Shown here: positions 41,619-50,772 of the stretch, one piece after another | Position numbering within the stretch: position 1 is the stretch's first letter | Layout of the letters: each line of letters begins with the position of its first letter | Origin: a virus | Taxonomy: Duplodnaviria > Caudoviricetes | Reading direction: 5' to 3' (one strand) | IMG/VR virus record: IMGVR_UViG_2882504083_000001 | Coordinates: 1-64,000 of that record | Length of the DNA stretch: 64,000 nt | The notes under the pieces: model-generated | Databases searched by the model: none | What the model saw: only the letters and a program-made list of their open reading frames with translations | What the model was told of the DNA's origin: nothing | Made by a program: the position numbers and the translations under genes

Positions 41619-42215
41619 ATGTCTTTTAACAAACTCTTAGAATTGATTCCGCAGATAAACGCAACCGATCCTGTGTTTCGAGAACTCTTCGGAAATGAGG
41701 AGAGACCGGAGCTTAGTCCGGTTACGAATATAAACGACATTAACAAGGGTGCGCTTTTTAATTCGGTTGAGTGGCATTTGAGATACCAAGCCTTAGCCGC
41801 GCGTTCGGCGGAGCTTTCTAACGCGGAAGGATATTTTTTAAAACTTTGGGCAGAGTTTTTAGGAATCGAAAGACCTGTTGGAATGTCAGACGAGGAGTTT
41901 GTCGGATACATTATCGGATATGTTCTCTCTAATGAACCTACAATTCCAAAACTCGGCGAGGTCTTTCCTGCACCCGATTTTGTAGTTCTTCGGTGTGACG
42001 AGCTAGGATTTGCAACCGACATTTCCGCGAGTGATCTAGGACTTAACATTCCCGGTCCGGGAACAAAAGCCGTTTCAGGAATTATAACCCCCGATCGCGG
42101 CGCAAGTTATATCGTCGTAGATGATATGAGTCGTTTAACAAATCTTCAACTTACAGAAGCGACAAGGATTCTCGCCGCTGGAACTGCGGTGTTCGCGGGA
42201 GAAACCAATGTCTGA
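41619..42215 (+). CDS. baseplate wedge protein (gpI/gp48-like)
   Basis: After gpJ; AEGYFLKLWAEFLGIERPVGMSDEEF motif. Confidence 0.75.
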   Translation: MSFNKLLELIPQINATDPVFRELFGNEERPELSPVTNINDINKGALFNSVEWHLRYQALAARSAELSNAEGYFLKLWAEFLGIERPVGMSDEEFVGYIIGYVLSNEPTIPKLGEVFPAPDFVVLRCDELGFATDISASDLGLNIPGPGTKAVSGIITPDRGASYIVVDDMSRLTNLQLTEATRILAAGTAVFAGETNV

Positions 42216-42990
42216 GGTTCAAATTCCTTTAACAAACAACGAAGTTAAAATTTATTATCACAATCAATTTCAAAAACTTTCTTCCACAGATCTTAACCGT
42301 CTCTCCGGCGCGGAACCGCAAAACTCTAGTATCCCCGCGATTCTTACTTCAATACTTGCAACGATAGGAAGAACAACGGATACCGCGATCGGATTCGAGG
42401 TAAGTTCACCCGAAAATCATACAATTCTTGTCGGACCCGGACTTGTAATTCGACCCGATGCAGTTCATCTTTTTCCTTCTATAACGCTTACACCCTCCTT
42501 GGGTGCGCTTTGCGGGATTTACGAATTCTCACTTGATTCTCTTCTTTCCGATAACTCCGCGGTTCAGGTTTGGAATATTGAATCGGAAAGATTTCAACCG
42601 CAGGTAAGACCGACGCGAAAAACGTTTCAAACAAATCTTTTTGAACAGTGGAGTCCGACGACTCCCCTTCCCTCTTCTACTCCCGGAAGATTTTCACTCC
42701 TGTCGTATGAAAAAAGTTCACCTACCGGACCGATTACAAATCTGGTTCGTACACTTCCTGTCTATGATCCTGCACTGATCGGAATCGATGTGGAATTGAA
42801 TCCTGGGATTGAAGATAACGATTCGCTTGCGTCTGCGATAAACTGGCTTTTTGATTTCATCGAAGAAAAGGAATTTATAAGAACGACTCCCTCACCCGGA
42901 TTTAATTCCGCGAACTGGAGGGTACGAACACAAGGAAACCTTTCCTTTTGGAGTATAGACAACGGGGGTAGCTGGCACCCTTTCGCATAA
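42208..42990 (+). CDS. tail fibre proximal/adaptor protein
   Basis: After wedge genes; TILVGPGL; ends SIDNGGSWHPFA. Confidence 0.55.
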   Translation: MSEVQIPLTNNEVKIYYHNQFQKLSSTDLNRLSGAEPQNSSIPAILTSILATIGRTTDTAIGFEVSSPENHTILVGPGLVIRPDAVHLFPSITLTPSLGALCGIYEFSLDSLLSDNSAVQVWNIESERFQPQVRPTRKTFQTNLFEQWSPTTPLPSSTPGRFSLLSYEKSSPTGPITNLVRTLPVYDPALIGIDVELNPGIEDNDSLASAINWLFDFIEEKEFIRTTPSPGFNSANWRVRTQGNLSFWSIDNGGSWHPFA

Positions 42991-43430
42991 CCCCACCGAG
43001 CGGTCCTTCGTCTCCGGTTCCCGGAGCGGGTGGTCATTGGGTGGGGAATTACGGTTCGAATCGTTACGACGTGTTTCCTCAAGGTTCCTATTCAATCGGG
43101 GACTTTTGGCATGTCGTCGACGCGCATCTTGATTACGGTGTTCCCGTTACTGACTGCGGACAGTGTGGAGGTCAAAACGAATGTTTTCAAAAAGGGCCGT
43201 GGTTTGACTGCTTACCGTGTCCGGGCGGTTATTCAAGATCCATAAATGTCGGGCTTTGTTGGACCGGTGGCACCGTATTCGTTCCGTGTTGCACGACGAC
43301 TTGTTGTATAAACAACTGCAATACGTGCCATATTCCGAATTGGTATACGAGATACCGAGTCTATAAATATGAATTTCTTCAATGGACTCTCGTCACAACC
43401 TATTCTATCCCCGGAAGATTCTGGTCTTAA
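42972..43430 (+). CDS. Cys-rich putative tail fibre tip/receptor-binding protein
   Basis: 12 Cys in 58 residues; frame open back to CTG 42972 overlapping the upstream gene end (track start 43041). Confidence 0.55.
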   Translation: MAPFRITPPSGPSSPVPGAGGHWVGNYGSNRYDVFPQGSYSIGDFWHVVDAHLDYGVPVTDCGQCGGQNECFQKGPWFDCLPCPGGYSRSINVGLCWTGGTVFVPCCTTTCCINNCNTCHIPNWYTRYRVYKYEFLQWTLVTTYSIPGRFWS

Positions 43431-43433
43431 TCC

Positions 43434-43610
43434 ATGAAAGAAGAGTCCTTAACTTTTTCTGAATCCAGACTTGAGGTTTGTCTCTCCTGTCCATTCGTCG
43501 TAAAACGAATTTTCTCAGAACAATGCAGCGTTTGTTACTGCTTTGTTCGCCTCAAAACAAAACTAAAATCCGAGGCTTGTCCGATAGGGCGATGGAAAAG
43601 AGAATCCTAA
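43434..43610 (+). CDS. 58-aa Cys-rich protein (DUF6171-like), absent from ORF track
   Basis: RLEVCLSC...CSVCYCFV.LK......CPIGRW. Confidence 0.75.
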   Translation: MKEESLTFSESRLEVCLSCPFVVKRIFSEQCSVCYCFVRLKTKLKSEACPIGRWKRES

Positions 43611-43611
43611 T

Positions 43612-43935
43612 ATGAGTTGTTGTAGTGGAGGAAAAACTATGAATCAAGAACTGATATTCAATCAAATCGAACAGTTTTCGAATATCGAAACGAACTTAAA
43701 ACTAAAAGATAGCGTTGCGACTAAGATTGTCCGCGCCCTTCTTCAAAAAGCAAAAGAACTGCATGAAGAATTTAAAGAAAATAGTGAGGAACATATCTTT
43801 CACAGCCTTTCCCAAAAAGCACTTACCGCATTCTATACCAATCAAGATGTAAGTTCCCTTTTAGAAATGGTAAGTGAAAAGATTTTTCTAAGCCTTAGCG
43901 AAGCAAAAAAATTAGCGGAAGAGTTTAAGAAATAA
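43612..43935 (+). CDS. hypothetical protein with MSCC N-terminus
   Basis: 107-aa helical ORF coupled to upstream gene. Confidence 0.65.
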   Translation: MSCCSGGKTMNQELIFNQIEQFSNIETNLKLKDSVATKIVRALLQKAKELHEEFKENSEEHIFHSLSQKALTAFYTNQDVSSLLEMVSEKIFLSLSEAKKLAEEFKK

Positions 43936-43940
43936 AACCT

Positions 43941-44207
43941 ATGAAGCTAAAAAAGAAACTGAAATCCCTTCTCTTTTCACTCACGTTTCCGAGACTTTCA
44001 TCAAAGGTTCTTATAAACCGTTCCGGCTGGAATCTCATATTACGAAACCACTTCTCACCTTGGCTTTCCGTAACGGCGTTCCCAGTCTTCTCCCTGACCT
44101 ATGAAGGAAGGGAGAAAAACGGACACTACGTATCCTGGATTTTCGGAATCTTTGGAATCTCTTTTGTTTTTCTTTTCTATTCCAAATCTCCAAGTTCGGG
44201 GTGTTGA
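43941..44207 (+). CDS. small putative membrane protein
   Basis: C-terminal hydrophobic segment WIFGIFGISFVFLF. Confidence 0.5.
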   Translation: MKLKKKLKSLLFSLTFPRLSSKVLINRSGWNLILRNHFSPWLSVTAFPVFSLTYEGREKNGHYVSWIFGIFGISFVFLFYSKSPSSGC

Positions 44208-44428
44208 AGTTCCCTTTCGTAATCCCCTAAAAGATCGCGCTTTTTTAAAAACTCTAAAAGAACATCTCTTTCAAGTTTGAGCGCGTCTCTTTCTACAAAC
44301 GTAAAATCGATCGCGATAAAAAGATCATCAAATGCTTTTTGAGTGAGAGCTTGAAAGTAAAGTCCCTCGGTAAGAAGCGCACGGATTCGTAAAACATCGG
44401 GGTGATGTCGGAATGGTTTGTTTTGCAT
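44177..44428 (-). CDS. hypothetical protein
   Basis: 83-aa ORF downstream of the InPase-ParB gene. Confidence 0.55.
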   Translation of the reverse strand: MQNKPFRHHPDVLRIRALLTEGLYFQALTQKAFDDLFIAIDFTFVERDALKLERDVLLEFLKKRDLLGDYERELQHPELGDLE

Positions 44429-44444
44429 TCCGCATTCTAAAATT

Positions 44445-46784
44445 CTATGTGGCTATCGGGTTTGAATATTCCTGTTTTAGTTCGTTCAATTTTGTAATCG
44501 CTTCTTCCATTTCGAACATGTATGATTTCGAAAAAAGCATTCCTATACTTGAATCGTCTTCGATTTCTTTCAGTTTTGATTGTATCGAATCCTTGATTAT
44601 ATTAAGATCCTGAATAATCGCCCCAAGTCTTCCGATTACGGAAGCAGAACCGACACCTTTGTCTGCGGCTATGGCGATCGAAGCCGCAAGCTCCTTTGAA
44701 AATTCTTGGGAAAGTGCGTTTACATTATCCCCTAAAATTCGGTTATATGTTTTTTGGATTCCGTCAAGCATTGTATCCAGCATTTTTCTATTCGTCGCGG
44801 CCTTCTCCATTGAACCGACGGACCGCAGAGCTTCTTTTTGAATGTTTGTCGCTACCGAATCAAAATCAAAATTATCGAATTCCCCGCTTTGGAGTTCTTT
44901 GATATAGTTTTGAACTACTGCCGGACCTTTTCCCGGATACTTTGCTTTGTTCTCAACATACCATTTAAACGCTCTAATCTGAATCGTATGGTTTGGTTTC
45001 TCGTTTTTGTCTTTTCCAAACATTCCGATCACCTCGGCAACACCGAGAGGTAACGATTTATCCTTTTTTGAAATGAGAGCAAATAGATCCGGGCTAAGAT
45101 TTTTTAAAGCTAGACGCTTTTCGATTTCTCCGACTTTTTTTCCTAACTTTTCCGCGATCGTTTTCGAATCCCATCCGTTCTCTACCATTTCGAAATATGC
45201 GTTTGATTCGTCGGTTGGATTCACTGATCGCCTGTGATTTTCGCTAACTTGAGCGACGAGTCTTTCGTTCGTGGATTGAAAAGATTTCGGAACTACGTGA
45301 ATCTCAAAACTATTCGGAAGCTTTCCTTCTTCTACGAGTTCTTTGATTGCTTCGTAGCGGTGGTGTCCTGCGACGACAGTCCACTGGTTTTCTTTTAGAT
45401 CCACCGCCATCGGATACTGAGGATCATATCCGTTTTGTTTTATAAGGGCTTTCAGTGAATCGATTTGATCTCGATCGTAATTCTCTTTTGCTGTGTATTG
45501 TTTTATGACTCGAAGTTTGTTAAAAGGGAGTTTTGTCGGAACTGGATTTCCTGTTTTCGGAGTTTCTTCTTTTTTTTCATTCTTTTCAGTTTCCGGTTTT
45601 CGCTCCTTTCTTTCGCGACCGCTCGGTCGAAGTCTCCAACCTTTTTCCGTTTTAATTCGAGTTTTCCCGTCACTCCAAACCGAAGGCGAGTTCAGTGGTG
45701 CCGGCGGTCTTCCTACACCAATTTGCGCTTTCAGAATTTTTTCTAAACGCGGGATCGAATCTTTGATAAGGGTAAGCGAGGAATTTAAAATTTCATACGG
45801 GTTTTGTTCTTTTGATAATCTTTGATTCGGATCTTGAATTTTGTTATTAAAGATCGCTGTTTTGCGAACTTCGAAGAGTGGAGTATCTTCTAAAAAATCC
45901 GACTGTTCTGAATTCTGTTTTTTTAGAAGAGAAAGTTTTGATTTGAGAAATTCGATCTTTGGATTTTTTAATTCCTTCTTTGTGGAACCGGTTTTAAGCC
46001 ACTCTTTAAACTGATCTATTGTTAAGGAAATAATACTTCCAAAACCCTTCCAACCTTTTTCGTAATTGGAAAGATACGCTTGTTTTGCGGCTTTTTGATC
46101 GTGAAAACCGAACATAACTTTGTGTTCATCAAAGGAATGGTCTTTGTTTTTTTGATTGATAACGAATACGATTTCGGATTCGGTGTCAGGACCAAGGAAA
46201 ACGTCAACATGATCCCCGTCGGCACCGGAAGTTCTTTTAAGATACCCGTAATCGTTTCGAATCTTTATTTTCCACTTCTTGCCGTCTCTGTCTTCACCCG
46301 AACGATAGGTTCCTTTTTTGTTCTCGATCGCAATATCGAATCCTTGGATTCGAACATGATTCTTTTTGTAATTCCCCGCTTTTAACTGTGCGGGTGATGG
46401 ATTTGATTTCAAAACGTTCGAAACGAACCCAATACAGACAGACTTTTCTGTCTGTATTTTTAATTCCTCTTCTTCTCCTTCCTCTTCCCAAAAAAGAGCC
46501 TTCGCTTTTAAAAACTCACTCAGGAATTCGGCTCCCAGCGTTTTGAATTCCTTGGACAAAGAGACACATCCCTCTTTTGAAATCTCCTTATTAGAAGACT
46601 TAAAAACAGCGAGCAGTGCTTTTCTGGAAAGCTCGTTTAGTTGCGCTTCCATCCAAGGCTCTCCCTCTTCGTCCATTGCCCACTCTTGCCAGAGTGGGTT
46701 TTGTTTGGTCATAGAAAGATGAATCTTGTCGAGGATGGATTCTGCGAGTTCGAACGTAATATCTTCTTTTTGAAGAAGGGTCAA
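44445..46784 (-). CDS. polyvalent protein with InPase-like and ParB-like domains
   Basis: GNYKKNH..IQG..IAIEN.KG..RSG, YGYLKRT.GADGDHVDVFLG, FDEHKVMFGF; then VVAGHHRYEA, QVSEN.RR..NP.DE and HTH. Confidence 0.85.
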   Translation of the reverse strand: MTLLQKEDITFELAESILDKIHLSMTKQNPLWQEWAMDEEGEPWMEAQLNELSRKALLAVFKSSNKEISKEGCVSLSKEFKTLGAEFLSEFLKAKALFWEEEGEEEELKIQTEKSVCIGFVSNVLKSNPSPAQLKAGNYKKNHVRIQGFDIAIENKKGTYRSGEDRDGKKWKIKIRNDYGYLKRTSGADGDHVDVFLGPDTESEIVFVINQKNKDHSFDEHKVMFGFHDQKAAKQAYLSNYEKGWKGFGSIISLTIDQFKEWLKTGSTKKELKNPKIEFLKSKLSLLKKQNSEQSDFLEDTPLFEVRKTAIFNNKIQDPNQRLSKEQNPYEILNSSLTLIKDSIPRLEKILKAQIGVGRPPAPLNSPSVWSDGKTRIKTEKGWRLRPSGRERKERKPETEKNEKKEETPKTGNPVPTKLPFNKLRVIKQYTAKENYDRDQIDSLKALIKQNGYDPQYPMAVDLKENQWTVVAGHHRYEAIKELVEEGKLPNSFEIHVVPKSFQSTNERLVAQVSENHRRSVNPTDESNAYFEMVENGWDSKTIAEKLGKKVGEIEKRLALKNLSPDLFALISKKDKSLPLGVAEVIGMFGKDKNEKPNHTIQIRAFKWYVENKAKYPGKGPAVVQNYIKELQSGEFDNFDFDSVATNIQKEALRSVGSMEKAATNRKMLDTMLDGIQKTYNRILGDNVNALSQEFSKELAASIAIAADKGVGSASVIGRLGAIIQDLNIIKDSIQSKLKEIEDDSSIGMLFSKSYMFEMEEAITKLNELKQEYSNPIAT

Positions 46785-46790
46785 AGGGTT

Positions 46791-47303
46791 TTATGAACCT
46801 ACGATTTCTATTGAATTTTGTTTTTCTCTGAACTTACAGTATTCTTCCCAGAAAGTTTTTAGCTGATCGCGGTTTAGGGATCTTAACATACCTTGGATCG
46901 ATCCGGTTTGTAAAATCTCATCGTTTGGAAGGATGAGAATAATCGGTTCAAATTTGTAAAGTGTTTTGAACGGAATTGCAACGTAACGGGCCATCTTACT
47001 TGCAAGACCTTCGGGATTCTTATTGGTTCGGGGGTCGTAGTGTAGAACCATAATTTGACCGGGAGCTTTCGCGCTAAAACTGAAATTTAGCTTCCATGTA
47101 GCGAACGCAAGAGCAAGCATTTGAAGATGATACGAAACAAAAATTAGAATGAGCCTGATTCTATTTTTGTAAAGAGCCGAATAATGATAAATGTATTTGT
47201 AGGTGATTGTTCTTTCGATACGCAAAAACGCTTCTCTGAATCGTTTTGGAAAAAAGAATTCCTTAACGATTCCTTTTAGAAAAAAATTTAAAGCTGAACT
47301 CAT
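46791..47303 (-). CDS. hypothetical protein
   Basis: 170-aa ORF in late operon. Confidence 0.55.
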   Translation of the reverse strand: MSSALNFFLKGIVKEFFFPKRFREAFLRIERTITYKYIYHYSALYKNRIRLILIFVSYHLQMLALAFATWKLNFSFSAKAPGQIMVLHYDPRTNKNPEGLASKMARYVAIPFKTLYKFEPIILILPNDEILQTGSIQGMLRSLNRDQLKTFWEEYCKFREKQNSIEIVGS

Positions 47304-47318
47304 TGGTCTTCCTGATTG

Positions 47319-48446
47319 TTAGTTTAACGATCCTCTTCCGTTGAAGTTTGAAAGTGGTTTCATTTTGAAGATCCTTGGTTTTTCGCGGTCTTCTCCACTT
47401 CCACCCTCTACAAATCCCGTTATTCGAAATGTTGGATGATAATCGTAGATTATGGTGTAACCGTTTTTCGGTTTATCGGACAACCACTGGATTTTTGATC
47501 CTCCGTAAACGATATAGTCCTCGCCGCGTTTGTGCGTTTTGATTCCGTTTCGTTCTTTAGAAAGGATCTGATCGACAGATGCGATCGGGGAATAAGATAC
47601 AGTGTCGTATTTTGAATTTTGGAAGGATACGAATTCGGAGTGTCTTAGAGTCGTGACAAGAAGGGTTATAATATCTCCTTCCCCCATTTTGTAACCTCCA
47701 CCCATAACAGCCATGAGTTCGCCTTCTTGAAACGTGATCTGGCTTCTCTCGAATAGTTTTCTTGAATCGGGATCGTTTCTAAATGTCTTGTATGCAATTT
47801 TTACCGGGTTAAAGGTTTGAACCTTGACCCGGTATCGTCCGCTTACTCGTTTCGGGAAAACGATTGAGTTTAGGGAATGACCGCTGATTTCAACTTCAAA
47901 GGGAGATTCGTTTTCATCCTCCGGAACCTTAAAAACTTCTACGACTCCGACGATCGCCTCTTTGTTTAGTTCCGGGAAAAGTTCGTATTCGTTACGCCCG
48001 ATGACCTCAAAGAATTTCTCTTCGATTAGGCTTACATTGTATTTTAAAAGAACCGCGTTCCAGTATTTGAGATTTTCTAAAACCTCAAAAGAATCCTCAT
48101 TTGTATGTGTTACCGTAAGGGGAGTTTGTTTGCCTTGGGATTGAAGAACCGCGCTAACGATTTCCGTAATCGGTGCAAACCTCGTATATACCTTACTTCC
48201 TTGGATTTTGTAGGCAAACTCTTCTTGGATGGTAAGGGTTTCTTGAAAGGTTCGGATAAGCCCGTCTAAACAATACTTACAATCCGGAAGTCTTTCCTCT
48301 TGTGGGCAAGGACAAGGTGTAAGTCTGTACCAGAGTGCCGATTCACCTCTACGATCAAGAAGCTCCTCGTTTGTGAGCGGTGTTAAAACGTTTGGTTTTG
48401 TAGGAATGGAAAAGGGCGTTTGACCGCCCTGGCCGGATTTCCTCAA
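47319..48446 (-). CDS. virion structural protein with CPC-CxxC motif (neck/connector candidate)
   Basis: LLDRRGE..LWY...PCPC......DCKYCLDG, a motif seen in Twort/SPO1-like neck proteins. Confidence 0.55.
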   Translation of the reverse strand: MRKSGQGGQTPFSIPTKPNVLTPLTNEELLDRRGESALWYRLTPCPCPQEERLPDCKYCLDGLIRTFQETLTIQEEFAYKIQGSKVYTRFAPITEIVSAVLQSQGKQTPLTVTHTNEDSFEVLENLKYWNAVLLKYNVSLIEEKFFEVIGRNEYELFPELNKEAIVGVVEVFKVPEDENESPFEVEISGHSLNSIVFPKRVSGRYRVKVQTFNPVKIAYKTFRNDPDSRKLFERSQITFQEGELMAVMGGGYKMGEGDIITLLVTTLRHSEFVSFQNSKYDTVSYSPIASVDQILSKERNGIKTHKRGEDYIVYGGSKIQWLSDKPKNGYTIIYDYHPTFRITGFVEGGSGEDREKPRIFKMKPLSNFNGRGSLN

Positions 48447-48715
48447 ATCCTACGAACCCTTGTCGCTTGCGTTTCGAAAACACCTTTTACTTTGTCAAAG
48501 CCGCGTCTTGTTTCGAATTCAACGGGTGTTCCGTTTTGGATTTCATCCTCTCTGAGACTGGAATACTTCGCATTGAAGAAAAAACATCTTTGATTCTCTG
48601 TTTCGATGAATCCGTATCCGCCTTTATTGATGGATTGGTTCCAAGGAATGTAACGTCTGATTGTTCCGCTTAAAAGTTTTGATTTTGTTTCCAAGTGATA
48701 AATTCTGAGAGCCAT
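48443..48715 (-). CDS. cold-shock-domain (OB-fold) protein
   Basis: KGGYGFIETE...FFFN...G..VEFE..RG. Confidence 0.75.
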   Translation of the reverse strand: MALRIYHLETKSKLLSGTIRRYIPWNQSINKGGYGFIETENQRCFFFNAKYSSLREDEIQNGTPVEFETRRGFDKVKGVFETQATRVRRI

Positions 48716-50193
48716 TCCGATTCTTCTTCATGGCTGCACATGGGTTCCTCCCAGATCCCACTTCGGTATACATCACTCTTCCGAATCGGTCCAAAAATTC
48801 TTTCTAATCGAATCCGTTCCTCGTTCGCCTTCACCTCTTCTTCATATCTTGCGTCGGTCCTTAACCTTTCTTTTGCGTCACGGATGCGACCCTCTCGAAA
48901 TATTTCGTCAATCTCGTTCTCTTCTCTTTCTTCTTTCTCTTCTTCGACGACTTCGTATTCGCAACTGCAATTCGGGTGCATGGGACAACAGAACCAGTAT
49001 TCACCATATTTTCTTTCCGCGTTTGATTTTCCGGGCCAGACCGCTATTGTAGTTTTCGGGTCTCCATAGAACTGATCTTGTCCGAGATAGACAAGACCAA
49101 GACTTTTCATGTATCGTTTGTCTTTAAGGCTTTCTTTGGAAGGGAAGACTCTTGCAATTTCGTTTCGAAACCGCTTACACTCGTTACACCGGACCGGATT
49201 TGTGTGGCTGTGCGGGTTTCCGTAATTCCCGCCGGACATTCGAACATACGTCGCGGTCTCGCTTTCGTTTGCGAGCATGAGAAGTTTTCCGTTATTGAAA
49301 TTGATCGCGCACTCGGTAAACGCGAAACGAGCCATGTCTCTATTCAGATGATCGGTTACAAGTTCTTCGTATTCTTTTTCCCGGAGGGATCTCTCTTCCT
49401 CGGAAATCCCCTCTTCAAACATTCCAAGGGCATCTTTGATCTCCGTATCATCCGGCGAGATCATCAAGGATTCGATTTCTTCCTCGGTTGCATTCCTCGC
49501 CAATGCCTCGACGATTTGGCGGCGATACATGTTCGTTATGAGTTCAAACGCTTTCCCTTTTCTTTCTCCCCGGTTGTCATATATCGCAAGCCACTCGGCT
49601 CCTTTTGACTCAGTGTAAAGAAGCGCGTATGTTTGTTCTTTTGTGAGACCTACCTCTTCTCGTAAGACGTCAATATCTTCAAGACCGGGGAGATTGTGCG
49701 CGATCGCTTTTTCTGAGAATTCGGGTAAGGACAGACGTTTTAATTCGTCCGGGTCTTCTCCCTCTCCTATCATGTATTCGGCGACGTATCCTAGAATTGT
49801 CGCTTTGTCTCTTTCCTTTAAATACACTTCGTTCCAGTCGCGGGCAAGAAAATCGAAGATTTCCTGATCCTTCTCGTTTAGGTCTTCGCGGTATACAACC
49901 CCTTCCGGGAATTCTATTTTAGTTTGTCTTCGAAGCGGTGAATAGTCTTTGGAAGGATCGGGAGTTACCTGAATCGTTTTCGGGAAAAACGTTGGTCTTA
50001 TGAGAAGTTCGCCATAGAATTTCTTTCTTAGCGAATCCATTGCATCCGACCAAACGGATTTTCGAATCTCAAATTGCTTTTGATCCCGATTATTCCCGAG
50101 AAGAGCGGATTGAAGAGAAAGAAAATAATAAAGCCAAGCGTAAGTTAGTTCTCGTACGACTCTATATTCTGAAAATCTTGATTCTCTCTGCAT
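48670..50193 (-). CDS. head morphogenesis protein (MuF/SPP1 gp7-like)
   Basis: RFAFTE..INFNNG, CNEC, PMHPNCSC. Confidence 0.8.
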   Translation of the reverse strand: MQRESRFSEYRVVRELTYAWLYYFLSLQSALLGNNRDQKQFEIRKSVWSDAMDSLRKKFYGELLIRPTFFPKTIQVTPDPSKDYSPLRRQTKIEFPEGVVYREDLNEKDQEIFDFLARDWNEVYLKERDKATILGYVAEYMIGEGEDPDELKRLSLPEFSEKAIAHNLPGLEDIDVLREEVGLTKEQTYALLYTESKGAEWLAIYDNRGERKGKAFELITNMYRRQIVEALARNATEEEIESLMISPDDTEIKDALGMFEEGISEEERSLREKEYEELVTDHLNRDMARFAFTECAINFNNGKLLMLANESETATYVRMSGGNYGNPHSHTNPVRCNECKRFRNEIARVFPSKESLKDKRYMKSLGLVYLGQDQFYGDPKTTIAVWPGKSNAERKYGEYWFCCPMHPNCSCEYEVVEEEKEEREENEIDEIFREGRIRDAKERLRTDARYEEEVKANEERIRLERIFGPIRKSDVYRSGIWEEPMCSHEEESEWLSEFITWKQNQNF

Positions 50194-50205
50194 ATCGAGG
50201 AGGGG

Positions 50206-50712
50206 TTATTTTCTTTTTTGGTTTTGGAATTCACGAACAAGCTTTGAGGCTTTCCAAAAAAGAATATGAAGAACTGTCTCGCGCCCTTTGTGATTCTCGA
50301 TCGAGGAACATACGCTATCAAAAAGTACCTGCCTTTCGTTCTCAGGAAGTTTTCCAATCGCAATCGCGAAACTGGTATCTTTTTCAGGAGATCCTTCGAG
50401 AAGTCCCGATTCCCTAAGAACGCGAATCCCTTTAGTAAAAAGTAAATGAAGAACTGTATCGCGGGCTTGTTTGTTTACGACCGAGGATACTAGGCTGTCG
50501 AATAGATTTTGAATTTTGTCGGATTCAAGTTTCAATATTAGATTCGAAAGAAAGGTATCCGTTTCGTTGTCGTTTTTCTCTTCGTCTTTATCTAAGAATT
50601 CTATCGTTTCTTGTTCTTTTGATTGTTCTTCACTTTGCGCGGTCAGATTCGAGTTTTGCGAATCTTCTAATGTTAAGTTTTCGGTTTCTTGAGATTGTAT
50701 TTCTGCTTCCAA
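50206..50712 (-). CDS. hypothetical protein with internally duplicated helical domain
   Basis: LFDSLVSSVVNKQARDTVLHLLF versus LFDSVCSSIENHKGRETVLHILF. Confidence 0.7.
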   Translation of the reverse strand: MEAEIQSQETENLTLEDSQNSNLTAQSEEQSKEQETIEFLDKDEEKNDNETDTFLSNLILKLESDKIQNLFDSLVSSVVNKQARDTVLHLLFTKGIRVLRESGLLEGSPEKDTSFAIAIGKLPENERQVLFDSVCSSIENHKGRETVLHILFWKASKLVREFQNQKRK

Positions 50713-50772
50713 GATTTCATCCTTTCCAGGTTTATGAAATCACTTTGAAATATTTGAGAGAATCGGAGAAGG

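Noticed and set aside
42972-43430. Diversity-generating retroelement target
   Set aside because: No reverse transcriptase or template-repeat copy in the window
40428-44207. Invertible tail-fibre segment or shufflon
   Set aside because: No recombinase and no flanking inverted repeats seen; the divergent palindromic motif at 40383 indicates a stable divergent arrangement
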